NCBI RefSeq assembly: GCF_016462705.1
Contig: NZ_JAEMSS010000001.1
Span: 241 to 64,240 of the forward strand
DNA: 64,000 nt
Origin: Nocardioides sp.
GTDB lineage: Bacteria; Actinomycetota; Actinomycetes; Propionibacteriales; Nocardioidaceae
Reading direction: 5' to 3'
The notes below the pieces were generated by a model that saw only the letters and a list, made by a program, of their open reading frames with translations, searched no databases and had not been told where the DNA came from. Each line of letters opens with the position of its first letter. Positions within the stretch are counted from its first letter, which is position 1. This document shows positions 1 to 9,191 of this stretch, in pieces. A program made the translations under genes and the position numbers.

Positions 1-201
1 GCCGCGCAGCGCCGCCTGCATCAGCAGGCCTCCGATGAGGAAGTCGCGGTAGCCCATCGACCGCAGCAGGAGCCGCGCCGTGGTGTCGACCTCGCGCTTG
101 TCCCCCCACAGCCGGTTGGCCTTGAGCGGGTCGACCAGGAACGAGACGCCGGACGCGAACCGGATGCTGCCCGCGACCAGCGCGGCGGTGTCGACTGCCA
201 T
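1..201 (-). CDS. Small membrane protein (DUF4267-like), 3' end runs off the window
   Basis: ATG at 201; MAVDTAALVAGSIRFASGVSFLVDP...LLLRSMGYRDFLIGGLL is open to the window edge. Not in the ORF track. Confidence 0.6.
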   Translation of the reverse strand, partial: MAVDTAALVAGSIRFASGVSFLVDPLKANRLWGDKREVDTTARLLLRSMGYRDFLIGGLLMQAALRG

Positions 202-223
202 GCCGGGACTCTAGGGGTTGGGG

Positions 224-2278
224 CTAGGGCTGCGGCCACTCCTTGGCGACGAGGGTCAGCACGTCGTACGTCGCCACCGGCTCGCCGGCCGCGTTGGTGA
301 CCAGGGCGTCCCAGCGGACCTCGCCGTAGTCGGCGGTCGCCCGCGGGGTGATCTGCTTGACCGTCAGCGTCACCGCGATCGAGTCGTCCGCCTTCACCGG
401 CGTGAGGAACCGGAGGTTGTCGACGCCGAAGTTGGCCAGCACCGGCCCGGGGTCGGGGTCGACGAACAGGCCGGCCGCCAGGGAGACGATCAGGTAGCCG
501 TGCGCGACGATGCCGCCGAACAGCGGGTTGGCGGCGGCCGCCTCGGGGTCGGTGTGCGCGTAGAACGTGTCGCCGGTGAACTCCGCGAAGTGGTCGATGT
601 CGGCCCGGGTCACCTGGCGCGGGGCCGATGCGACGGTGTCGCCGACCCGCATCTCCGCGAGGCTCTTGCGGAACGGGTGGACGCCGTCGTCGCGTCGTCG
701 GGACCCGGTCGTCCAGCGGCCGGTGATCGCGGTCATCAGGTCGGGTGACGCCTGCACCGCGGTGCGCTGCATGTGTCCGAGGACGGCCCGGACGCCGCCG
801 AGCTCCTCGCCGCCGCCGGCCCGGCCGGGGCCGCCGTGCACCAGCATCGGCAGCGGTGAGCCGTGGCCGGTCGACTCGGCCGCGTCGTCGCGGTCGAGGA
901 CGTGGACCCGGCCGTGCCACGGCGCGATCCCGAGCACGACCGCCCGGGCGACGTCGGGGTCGTGGGTGACGACGGAGGCGACCAGCGAGCCGCGGCCCCT
1001 GGCCGCCAGCTCGACCGCGTCGTCCAGGGAGTCGTAGGTCAGCACCGTGCTCACCGGGCCGAACGGCTCCACGTCGTGCGGCTCGACGGCACCCTGCCTG
1101 GCCCGCAGCAGGACCGGGCCGAGGAAGGCGCCGCGATCGGCGTCGCCGTCGACGAGGTCCACGTGGTCGGGGTCGCCGTGGACGACGTCCGCGGACGCGC
1201 GCAGCGACTGGATCGCCTTGCGCACCTCCTCGCGCTGCTCGAGGCTGGCCAGCGCGCCCATCCGGACGTCCGGGTGCGACGGCGTACCGACCGGCACCGT
1301 CGCCAGCCGAGCGGTCAGCGCCTCGACGACGGTGTCCGCCATCGCGGCCGGGACGATCGCGCGCCGGATGGCGGTGCACTTCTGGCCGGCCTTGACGGTC
1401 ATCTCGGTGACGACGCCCTTGACGAAGAGCTCGAGCTCGGGGTCGTCCGCGGTCACGTCCGGACCGAGGATGGAGCAGTTGAGCGAGTCCGCCTCGACGC
1501 CGAGCCGGACGCCGCCGTGCAGGACCTGCGGGTGGTTGCGGAGCAGGCCCGCCGTGTGCGCCGACCCGGTGAAGGCGACCGAGTCCTGCACGGTGAGCTC
1601 ATCGAGCAGCCCGCCCGCGCTCCCGGCCAGCAGCTGGAGCGACCCCTCGGGGAGGACGCCGCTCTCGATGATCCGGCGGACCACCGCCTCGGTGAGGTAC
1701 GCCGTCTGGCTGGCCGGCTTGACGATGCTGGGCAGGCCGGCGAGGAAGGCCGGCGCGAGCTTCTCGAGCATCCCCCAGACCGGGAAGTTGAAGGCGTTGA
1801 TCTGCACGGCGACGCCCGGCCGTGAGGTGTGGACGTGCTGGCCGACGAAGGTGCCGCCCTTGCCGAGCTGCTCGAGCCCACCGTCGAGGACGACAGTGTC
1901 GTTGGGCAGCTCGCGGACCCCCTTGCTGGCGAAGCCGAACAGGGTCCCGATGCCGCCGTCGATGTCGACCGCGGAGTCGCGCCGGGTGGCGCCCGTACGG
2001 AACGACAGCTCGTAGAAGGGCTCCTTGTCGGCGCCCAGCTGCTTGGCGAGCTCCTTGAGCAGCCCGGCCCGTTCGTGGAAGGTCAGCGCGCGGATCGCCG
2101 GGCCGCCCACCGTCCTGGCGTGCGCCACCATCTCGCCCAGGTCCAGGCCGGTCGAGGACAGCCGGGCGACCTCGTCGCCGGTCGCCGCGTCGAGCAGCGG
2201 CTGTCCCTCGTCCGGGGCGGCGAACCAGCGGCCCACCGCATAGCTCTCGAGCAGAGGCGTGTTCCCGCGCGCAGCCAT
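224..2278 (-). CDS. paaZ: Bifunctional oxepin-CoA hydrolase / aldehyde dehydrogenase PaaZ
   Basis: ALDH domain (INAFNFPVWGMLEK, KAGQKCTAIRR, EPFGPV) followed by a MaoC hotdog domain (FAEFTGDTFYAH, AHGY). Confidence 0.95.
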   Translation of the reverse strand: MAARGNTPLLESYAVGRWFAAPDEGQPLLDAATGDEVARLSSTGLDLGEMVAHARTVGGPAIRALTFHERAGLLKELAKQLGADKEPFYELSFRTGATRRDSAVDIDGGIGTLFGFASKGVRELPNDTVVLDGGLEQLGKGGTFVGQHVHTSRPGVAVQINAFNFPVWGMLEKLAPAFLAGLPSIVKPASQTAYLTEAVVRRIIESGVLPEGSLQLLAGSAGGLLDELTVQDSVAFTGSAHTAGLLRNHPQVLHGGVRLGVEADSLNCSILGPDVTADDPELELFVKGVVTEMTVKAGQKCTAIRRAIVPAAMADTVVEALTARLATVPVGTPSHPDVRMGALASLEQREEVRKAIQSLRASADVVHGDPDHVDLVDGDADRGAFLGPVLLRARQGAVEPHDVEPFGPVSTVLTYDSLDDAVELAARGRGSLVASVVTHDPDVARAVVLGIAPWHGRVHVLDRDDAAESTGHGSPLPMLVHGGPGRAGGGEELGGVRAVLGHMQRTAVQASPDLMTAITGRWTTGSRRRDDGVHPFRKSLAEMRVGDTVASAPRQVTRADIDHFAEFTGDTFYAHTDPEAAAANPLFGGIVAHGYLIVSLAAGLFVDPDPGPVLANFGVDNLRFLTPVKADDSIAVTLTVKQITPRATADYGEVRWDALVTNAAGEPVATYDVLTLVAKEWPQP

Positions 2279-2294
2279 GGCGGCAGGCTAATAC

Positions 2295-2315
2295 CAGACC
2301 GATCGGTCAGTAAAT
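2295..2315. promoter_or_regulatory. Probable PaaR (TetR) operator upstream of paaZ
   Basis: CAGACCGATCGGTCAGTAAAT with palindromic core GACCGATCGGTC; near-identical copy at 6594-6614. Confidence 0.7.
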
Positions 2316-2327
2316 GACCTCGTGGTC

Positions 2328-5300
2328 TCAGAACCCCAGCCGCACCCGATGCTGGGTCAGCCAGTCGGCGTAGGCGGCGAAGGACCACCGCTCGGCGGCC
2401 GCCAGGGCCGCGTCGGCGTGCCGCGCCGCCGCGGCCCGGTCGCCCGCGACGACCTCGGCCAGCGCCAGGTAGCCGGCCACCGGCCCCACGGTCATCACGG
2501 CTCCCGCGACCGCCATCCGGTCGGCGTACGGCGTGAGCATCTCGCGTGCCTGGACGGCGAGCCCGAGGCTGCCGACGACGCTAGCGGTCTCGGCCTCCAC
2601 GCACCAGTCCGCGACCGAGGACCAGAACGAGCCCTCCTCCGACGGCAGCGGGTTGGTCTCGAGGACGGCACGCAGCTCCTCGACCATCCCGCACCGACCG
2701 AGGACCACGTGCGCGACGACCGCGGCCATCCGGCCCTCGCGGTAGGCCTGCGCGATCGGACCGGCCAGCTCGGCCAGCTCGGCCGGGGAGTCGCTCCACA
2801 ACCGCGAGTAGGTCAGCGCGGCGGGCCCCTGCATGTCCTGCATCGGCAGCGCCACCTCGGGGGCGACGGCGACCAGTCCGGCGTGGTGCTCGCGCACCAG
2901 GTCGGTCTGCCCGCGCAGGCTGGCCAGCGTCATCTCCATCCAGTGGTGCGTCAGCAGCACGAACGGCAACCGGTCCCGGCGCGCGATGGCGGCGGCGGCT
3001 CCTGCCAGCTCGTCCCAGCGGTCGACGTGCCCGAGCTCGAGGAGGGTGAGCCCCTCGGTGACGAGCAGCACCGCCTCCGCCGCCGCGTCCCCGGCCCGGC
3101 GTGCCGCCGCGACCCCCTCGGCCGCCCAGGCGGCCCGCTCCTCGACCTGCTCGGGGACCCAGCTCGCCATCCACGCCGTCCGGCACGCCCACCAGTGCAG
3201 GTCGGGGTCATCGGCAGCCCGGGCCAGGCGCAGCCCGGCGTCGACCAGGGCCCGGCGCTCGGCACTCGAGTCCGGTTCGTAGTAGAGCTCGACGGACAGG
3301 GCCATCTGGAGCCGGCAGCGGGTCACGCCGTCCTCCTCGACGGCGTGCTCCAGCGCCCAGCGGAGATCGTCGATGATGTCCTCGACGTCGGCGTCCGGCT
3401 CGTGCGGCAGCCAGACGCAGTAGCGGCTCAGCGTGCTGGCCGCCGCGCCGACCCGGGCCGGCGACCCGAGCGCGCGGCCGAGCGCGGTGGCCTCCTGGGC
3501 GGCCGCCTCCACCTGCGGCCAGCGGGCGGCGTACGCCGCGTCGGTGGCCAGCCGCAGCAACAGGTCGTAGCGCTGCTCGTCGTCACCGTCGGCCGAGCGT
3601 CGGTGGGCGGCGACGGCGGACCCTCGCAGCTCCATCGCCTCGGCGTACGCCGAGGAGGCCCGGGCCTGGTCGGCGGCCGCGTCGGCGGCGCGCCAGGCCC
3701 GCTCGGCGTGGCTGCTGCCGGCGGCCAGCCAGTGCCGCGCCAGCTCCGCGGTGCGCTCCTCCGGGGCCGTCAGCCGACGGACCTCCGGGTCGCCCTCGAA
3801 CGCCCGGGCCACCTGGGCGTGCAGCCGGGCCCGGCGGTGCTCGGGCATCGCCAGGTAGACCGCGTCGCGGGTCAGCGCGTGGGTGAACGCGAACGACTCG
3901 TCGTCGGCCTCGAGGAGGAGATCAGCGCCCAGGGCGAGCTCGAGGTCGTCCAGGACGTCGTCCAGCGGCTCGCCGCTCGCCGCCGCCACCGTCTCGGCGC
4001 GGAACCTGCGTCCCGCCGCGGCAGCGGTGGCGAGCGTCAGCCTGGCCCGCTCCGGCAGCCACGTCAGCCGGCGCAGCACGACGTCCCGGACCGTGGCCGG
4101 GACCTGTCCGGATGCCGTGGCCCCGAGCCGGGCGAGCTCGACGAGGAAGAAGGGGTTGCCGCCGGCCCGTTCGTGCCAGGTCGCCGCCACGGCCTCCTCG
4201 ACCGGTCCGGGCACCAGGCCGGCGATCAGCGCCCGGGACGCCGGCGCATCCAGGCCCACCAGCTCGAGCCGCTCGGCGTGCCGACGGGCCAGTGCCTCGG
4301 CGACCAGCGACGTCGCGGGGGTCGGTCCGGGGTTGGTGCGCCGGGTGACGACGACGCACACGGCGGCGTCCGGCGGGCAGCTGGTCAGGAGGTGCGCCAG
4401 CGTGCGCAGGGTCGCGTCGTCGGCCCAGTGGATGTCGTCGAGGACCACGAGAAGCGGAGCCGACGAGGCCGCGGCCAGCACCTGGCCGGCGATCCGGTCC
4501 CAGGTCGCGAACGCGGCCAGGCCTGGACCGGTCTCGTCGGGAGTCGGAGCGGTCTCGGCTCCCCCGGCGTCGATCGCCTGGAGGACCGCCCGCCAGGGCC
4601 ACAGGGGCGGCGCCCCGTCGTCCTGCGAGCAGCGGCCGAGTGCGACCGACATGCCGAGGGAACGGGCCCGCTCCACCAGGTCGTCGACCAACCGGGTCTT
4701 CCCGATCCCTGGCTCGCCCACCACCTGGGCCGCCGTGAAGTGGCCCTGCCGGGTGCGGTCCAGCAGCCCCGCGAGGCGCTCGCGCTCGTGGTCGCGACCC
4801 ACCAGCCCGGACAGGTCGAGGTGTCCCGTGGGGGCGCCGGACGTGGGGGCGGCGGCCTGCCGCGCGGCGGGCAGCCACTGCTGGAGTGCCGGTGACTGCT
4901 GGAGGATCGCCTGCTCCAGCGCGCGCAGCTGGGGTCCGGGGTCGAGGCCGAGCTCCTCGGCGAGCAGGTCGCGCAGCTGCCGGATCGAGTCCAGGGCGTC
5001 GGCCTGCCGCCCGGAGCGGAGCAGCGCGAGCGCGTGCAGGGCCCAGGTCTGCTCGCGCAGCGACCCCCGCGAGACGGCGACCTCGGTGGTCGCCAGGACC
5101 CCGACGTGCTCGCCCAGCGCCAGCAGACCGAGCAGCCGTGACTCCTCCGCGCCCGCGCGGAGCTGCTCGAGCGCCGCGCGCTCGGCGAGCACGTCGGGGT
5201 GACCGGGCAGGTCGGCGTACGGCTCGCCGTCCCACCAGTCGAGGGCCGACTCGATGCGTTCGACGGCGGCGGTGACCTCACCGCGGTCGGGCCACGTGGG

Positions 5301-5693
5301 CGCCGGGCCGGTGTCGAGCTGGCTCGCCAGCGGTGCCAGGACCCGGTCCGCGGCCCGCACCGTGACCGCGAACCTCTGGGCGTCGACGTTCTCGGGTGGC
5401 ACGTGCAGGACGTAGCCGTGGTCGGTGGTCTCGAGGATCGCCCCGGCGCCCCGGGACGGCCGATCGGGCTCCAGGACCCGCCGCAGCCCCGAGATGTAGA
5501 CGTGCAGGGAGCCGTGCGCTCCCCGGGGCGGGCTCCCCGCCCAGACCAGGTCCGCGAGCAGGTCGGCGGCCACGGCCCGCCCCGGCGTCAGTGCCAGCGC
5601 GGCCAGGACCGACCGCGGCTTGCGGGCGCCGAGGTCGAGCTCGGCGCCGTTCGCGTCCCGCACCCGGCAGGCACCGAGCACGGAGATCTGCAC
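2328..5693 (-). CDS. AfsR/SARP-family regulator (wHTH + BTAD + AAA ATPase + helical repeats)
   Basis: GTG start, QISVLGACRV...ARKPRSVLAALAL; BTAD (LREQTWALHALAL..SGRQADAL, ELGLDPGP); Walker A GEPGIGKT; Walker B VVLDDIHWAD; GGNPFF. Confidence 0.9.
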   Translation of the reverse strand: MQISVLGACRVRDANGAELDLGARKPRSVLAALALTPGRAVAADLLADLVWAGSPPRGAHGSLHVYISGLRRVLEPDRPSRGAGAILETTDHGYVLHVPPENVDAQRFAVTVRAADRVLAPLASQLDTGPAPTWPDRGEVTAAVERIESALDWWDGEPYADLPGHPDVLAERAALEQLRAGAEESRLLGLLALGEHVGVLATTEVAVSRGSLREQTWALHALALLRSGRQADALDSIRQLRDLLAEELGLDPGPQLRALEQAILQQSPALQQWLPAARQAAAPTSGAPTGHLDLSGLVGRDHERERLAGLLDRTRQGHFTAAQVVGEPGIGKTRLVDDLVERARSLGMSVALGRCSQDDGAPPLWPWRAVLQAIDAGGAETAPTPDETGPGLAAFATWDRIAGQVLAAASSAPLLVVLDDIHWADDATLRTLAHLLTSCPPDAAVCVVVTRRTNPGPTPATSLVAEALARRHAERLELVGLDAPASRALIAGLVPGPVEEAVAATWHERAGGNPFFLVELARLGATASGQVPATVRDVVLRRLTWLPERARLTLATAAAAGRRFRAETVAAASGEPLDDVLDDLELALGADLLLEADDESFAFTHALTRDAVYLAMPEHRRARLHAQVARAFEGDPEVRRLTAPEERTAELARHWLAAGSSHAERAWRAADAAADQARASSAYAEAMELRGSAVAAHRRSADGDDEQRYDLLLRLATDAAYAARWPQVEAAAQEATALGRALGSPARVGAAASTLSRYCVWLPHEPDADVEDIIDDLRWALEHAVEEDGVTRCRLQMALSVELYYEPDSSAERRALVDAGLRLARAADDPDLHWWACRTAWMASWVPEQVEERAAWAAEGVAAARRAGDAAAEAVLLVTEGLTLLELGHVDRWDELAGAAAAIARRDRLPFVLLTHHWMEMTLASLRGQTDLVREHHAGLVAVAPEVALPMQDMQGPAALTYSRLWSDSPAELAELAGPIAQAYREGRMAAVVAHVVLGRCGMVEELRAVLETNPLPSEEGSFWSSVADWCVEAETASVVGSLGLAVQAREMLTPYADRMAVAGAVMTVGPVAGYLALAEVVAGDRAAAARHADAALAAAERWSFAAYADWLTQHRVRLGF

Positions 5694-5740
5694 GGCGTCA
5701 CGGTAGTGGGTGCGCGGCCTCCCGGGCGCTCCCGAGTGAT

Positions 5741-5773
5741 CCAAGTCCGGCCCAAGTACGGCGCAAGCCGGCG
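5741..5773. promoter_or_regulatory. Three direct repeats with 11-bp period, probable SARP binding site
   Basis: CCAAGTCCGGC / CCAAGTACGGC / GCAAGCCGGCG between the divergent SARP and hemerythrin genes. Confidence 0.6.
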
Positions 5774-5807
5774 CCCCCACGCTGGGGACACCACGACAGG
5801 AGACGAC

Positions 5808-6542
5808 ATGACCACTCACCCCCGCAGTCCCAGCGCCGGAGACCACCCGCAGATCTCGCTGCCCGGCCAGACCCACGTCGCCCACGGTCCGCACGACCAG
5901 ACCGGCATGTACCTGATGCACCACGCCTTCCGGCGCGACCTGGCCGGCTTCGAGGCCGCGGTCCGGCGTACCCCCGTCGGTGACCGCGACACCTGGGCGG
6001 CCCTCGCGGACCGCTGGGCGCTCTTCGCGGAGACGCTGCACCACCATCACGCCATCGAGGACGACCACCTGTGGCCGACCATGCTGCGCTCCCTGGACAC
6101 GGCCGGCGACGCCGAGGGCCGCGCCACGCTGGAGGCGATGGAGGAGGAGCACGGACGGATCGACCCTGCGCTCCGGGCCTGCGCCGAGGGGTTCGCCGCG
6201 ATGCGCAGCCATCCGTGCGCGGACCACCGCAACGCCCTGGACGTCCACGTAACCGAGACCCGGGCGCTCCTGGCCGACCACCTGCGGCACGAGGAGACCG
6301 GGGCGCTGCCCCTGCTCCAGCGGACCGTGACGGTCGACGACTACGCGGCCTTCGAGGCGGCCGCCGAGAAGGGCTACCCGGTCCGGATGGTGCCCTTCCT
6401 CGTCTGCTGGGTCATGCACGGCGTCCCCGATGACCTGGCCCGGGAGTTCCTGGGCCAGGCCGGGACACCGCACCGCCTGCTGCGGCGGCTCTTCCGAGGT
6501 CGGTTCGAGCGGCGCGAGCAGCGGGCCTTCCGGTACGTCTGA
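5808..6542 (+). CDS. Hemerythrin domain protein
   Basis: RBS AGGAG then ATG 5808; HHAFRRD, LHHHHAIEDD.LWP, MEEEH and HLRHEE di-iron motifs. Confidence 0.9.
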   Translation: MTTHPRSPSAGDHPQISLPGQTHVAHGPHDQTGMYLMHHAFRRDLAGFEAAVRRTPVGDRDTWAALADRWALFAETLHHHHAIEDDHLWPTMLRSLDTAGDAEGRATLEAMEEEHGRIDPALRACAEGFAAMRSHPCADHRNALDVHVTETRALLADHLRHEETGALPLLQRTVTVDDYAAFEAAAEKGYPVRMVPFLVCWVMHGVPDDLAREFLGQAGTPHRLLRRLFRGRFERREQRAFRYV

Positions 6543-6579
6543 CGACCGGTCAGCACCGCGCTTGCGCTGGACCGGTCGT
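6542..6579 (+). terminator. Hairpin after the hemerythrin gene
   Basis: ACGACCGGTC...GACCGGTCGT, 10-bp inverted repeat directly at the stop codon. Confidence 0.5.
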
Positions 6580-6588
6580 GCTGGCACT

Positions 6589-6614
6589 ATTTACAGACCG
6601 ATTGGTCAGTAAAT
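6589..6614. promoter_or_regulatory. Probable PaaR operator upstream of paaA
   Basis: ATTTACAGACCGATTGGTCAGTAAAT, imperfect 26-bp palindrome. Confidence 0.75.
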
Positions 6615-6629
6615 AGCTCCGGAGGCGGG

Positions 6630-7568
6630 ATGACCACGACCGTGCCCGAGGACGTGCTGCTGCAGCAGTTCGACGCGGTGATCGCCCGCAACGATCGGAT
6701 CGAGCCCCGCGACTGGATGCCCGAGGGCTACCGCAAGACGCTGGTCCGGCAGGTCGCCCAGCACGCGCACTCCGAGATCATCGGGATGCAGCCGGAGGGC
6801 AACTGGCTCACCCGCGCGCCGTCGCTGCGGCGCAAGGCGATCCTGCTGGCCAAGGTGCAGGACGAGGCCGGGCACGGGCTCTACCTCTACTCCGCCACCG
6901 AGACCCTCGGCGTCTCCCGCGGCGAGCTGACCGAGATGCTCATCGAGGGCCGGCAGAAGTACTCCTCGATCTTCAACTACCCGACGCTGTCCTTCGCCGA
7001 CGTGGGCACGATCGGCTGGCTGGTCGACGGCGCGGCGATCTGCAACCAGGTCCCGCTCTGCCGGACGTCGTACGGCCCGTACGGCCGGGCGATGATCCGG
7101 ATCTGCAAGGAGGAGTCCTTCCACCAGCGCCAGGGCTACGAGCTGCTGATGACGATGATGCGGGGCACCGACGAGCAGCGGGCGATGGTGCAGGAGTCGG
7201 TGGACCGGTTCTGGTGGCCGGCGCTGATGATGTTCGGCCCGCCCGACGCCGACTCCCCCAACACCGCCCAGTCGATGGCGTGGGGCATCAAGCGCAACAC
7301 CAACGACGACCTGCGCCAGCGGTTCGTCGACATGACCGTGCCGCAGGCCGAGGCGCTCGGCGTGACGCTCCCCGACCCGGAGCTCCGCTGGAACGAGGAG
7401 CGCGGCGCGCACGACTTCGGCCAGCCGGACTGGGACGAGTTCATGCAGGTGGTCCAGGGCAACGGACCGTGCAACCGGCAGCGGATCGCGCACCGGCGGC
7501 GGGCGCACGAGGACGGCGCCTGGGTGAGGGACGCCGCGACTGCGTTCGCCGCGAGGGGGACGTCATGA
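6630..7568 (+). CDS. paaA: 1,2-phenylacetyl-CoA epoxidase subunit A
   Basis: [51 protein letters not shown]. Confidence 0.97.
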   Translation: MTTTVPEDVLLQQFDAVIARNDRIEPRDWMPEGYRKTLVRQVAQHAHSEIIGMQPEGNWLTRAPSLRRKAILLAKVQDEAGHGLYLYSATETLGVSRGELTEMLIEGRQKYSSIFNYPTLSFADVGTIGWLVDGAAICNQVPLCRTSYGPYGRAMIRICKEESFHQRQGYELLMTMMRGTDEQRAMVQESVDRFWWPALMMFGPPDADSPNTAQSMAWGIKRNTNDDLRQRFVDMTVPQAEALGVTLPDPELRWNEERGAHDFGQPDWDEFMQVVQGNGPCNRQRIAHRRRAHEDGAWVRDAATAFAARGTS

Positions 7569-7846
7569 GCGAGTGGCCGCTCTACGAGGTGTTCGTGCGC
7601 GGCAAGCGCGGGCTCAACCACGTGCACGTCGGGTCGCTGCACGCGGCCGACGACGCGATGGCGCTGCACAACGCCCGCGACGTCTACACCCGGCGCAACG
7701 AGGGCGTCTCGATCTGGGTGGTCCGCGCCGACGCCATCGCGGCCTCGAGCCCGGACGAGAAGGACCCGCTCTTCGCGCCGGCGGGCGACAAGGTCTACCG
7801 GCACCCGACCTTCTACTCCATCCCCGACGACGTCCCCCACATGTGA
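7565..7846 (+). CDS. paaB: Epoxidase subunit B
   Basis: ATGA overlap with paaA; [44 protein letters not shown]. Confidence 0.96.
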   Translation: MSEWPLYEVFVRGKRGLNHVHVGSLHAADDAMALHNARDVYTRRNEGVSIWVVRADAIAASSPDEKDPLFAPAGDKVYRHPTFYSIPDDVPHM

Positions 7847-8712
7847 CGGCGACCGTGACTGACCACGACAACGCGTACGCCGACCTGCTCGGCAGCGACG
7901 ACGCGCACTGGGCCTTCGGGCACCTGCCAGAGATCCAGCAGGGCGAGGATCCGCTGGCGGGCGTCGACACCACGGTCCCCGCGGGGCTCGACCCGGCCGG
8001 GCTGGCGGCGTACTGCCTGTTCCTCGGGGACGACGCCTTGGTGATGTCCCACCGGCTCTCGGAGTGGTGCAGCAACGCCCCGGACCTCGAGGACGACATC
8101 GCGCTGGCCAACATCGCCCTCGACCTGCTCGGCCAGGCCCGGCTGCTGCTGTCCCGGGCCGCGGCCGCCGACCCGTCGGTCGTCCCGGCGCTGCCGGAGG
8201 GCTCGCCGGTGCCGGCCGAGGACGCGCTGGCGTTCTTCCGCGAGGCTCGCGACTTCCGCAACGTCCGGCTGGTCGAGGTGCCGCACGGCGACTTCGGGCA
8301 CCTGGTCGCCAGGCTGCTGCTCTTCGCGACGGCCAGGCTGGCGGCCTTCGAGCGGCTGACCGCCCACGCCGATCCCGTCCTGTCGGCGATCGCGGCCAAG
8401 GGGGTCAAGGAGCTCGCCTACCACCGGGACTACGCCGCCCGCTGGTTCGTGACGCTGGCGCAGGGCACCGACGAGTCCCGGCGCCGGCTGCTCGCCGGTC
8501 TCACGGAGGTCTGGCCGTTGCAGGCCGAGCTGGTCGCGACCTACGACGTGGCCGCGGAGACCGGCGTCGTCCTGGACGAGGTCCTCGCGGCGGCCGGGGT
8601 GGACCGTCCCGCGGTCGGCCCGATGTCGGGTCACGGGCACACCGAGGCCCTGTCCCGGATGCTCGCCGAGATGCAGGTCGTCGCCCGCGCCCACCCGCTG
8701 GGGACCTGGTGA
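7843..8712 (+). CDS. paaC: Epoxidase subunit C
   Basis: GTGA overlap; LGDDALVMSHRLSEW, APDLEDDIALANIALDLLGQAR, KGVKELAYH. Start could be 7855. Confidence 0.93.
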   Translation: MTATVTDHDNAYADLLGSDDAHWAFGHLPEIQQGEDPLAGVDTTVPAGLDPAGLAAYCLFLGDDALVMSHRLSEWCSNAPDLEDDIALANIALDLLGQARLLLSRAAAADPSVVPALPEGSPVPAEDALAFFREARDFRNVRLVEVPHGDFGHLVARLLLFATARLAAFERLTAHADPVLSAIAAKGVKELAYHRDYAARWFVTLAQGTDESRRRLLAGLTEVWPLQAELVATYDVAAETGVVLDEVLAAAGVDRPAVGPMSGHGHTEALSRMLAEMQVVARAHPLGTW

Positions 8713-9191
8713 ACGCCTACGCGGTGGCCGCCGCGGTCACCGACCCGGAGATGCCGATGCTGACCCTCGAGGACCTCGGGGTCCTGCGCGACGTGCGGGC
8801 GGAGGGGAGCGAGGTCGTCGTCACGATCACGCCGACCTACTCCGGCTGCCCGGCCATGGCGACCATGCGCGACGACCTCGTGCACCGCCTGTCCGAGGCC
8901 GGGTACGCCGCGCGCGTCCGCGTCTCGCTGACGCCCGCCTGGTCGAGCGACTGGATCACCGAGCGCGGGCGCGCGGCACTGCGGGCGCACGGCCTCTCGG
9001 CCCCCGGCCCGGCGCCGCGGCACGACGGCCCGGTCGCACTCAACCTGCTGCCGACCCGGCGCGACGCCACCTGCCCTCGGTGCGGGTCGGCGCAGGTGGA
9101 GCTCACCTCGGAGTTCGGCCCCACCGCCTGCACCGCGCTCTACCGCTGCACCGGCTGTCTCGAGCCGTTCGAGCACGTGAAGGAGCACTAG
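8709..9191 (+). CDS. paaD: Epoxidase maturation subunit D
   Basis: DPEMPMLTLEDLG, TPTYSGCPAM, PAWSSDWI, CPRCGS, CLEPFEHVK. Confidence 0.93.
   Translation: MNAYAVAAAVTDPEMPMLTLEDLGVLRDVRAEGSEVVVTITPTYSGCPAMATMRDDLVHRLSEAGYAARVRVSLTPAWSSDWITERGRAALRAHGLSAPGPAPRHDGPVALNLLPTRRDATCPRCGSAQVELTSEFGPTACTALYRCTGCLEPFEHVKEH

Noticed and set aside
5694-6587. N-terminal extension of the 1419-aa ORF
   Set aside because: Antisense to the hemerythrin gene; the SARP domain begins at GTG 5693.
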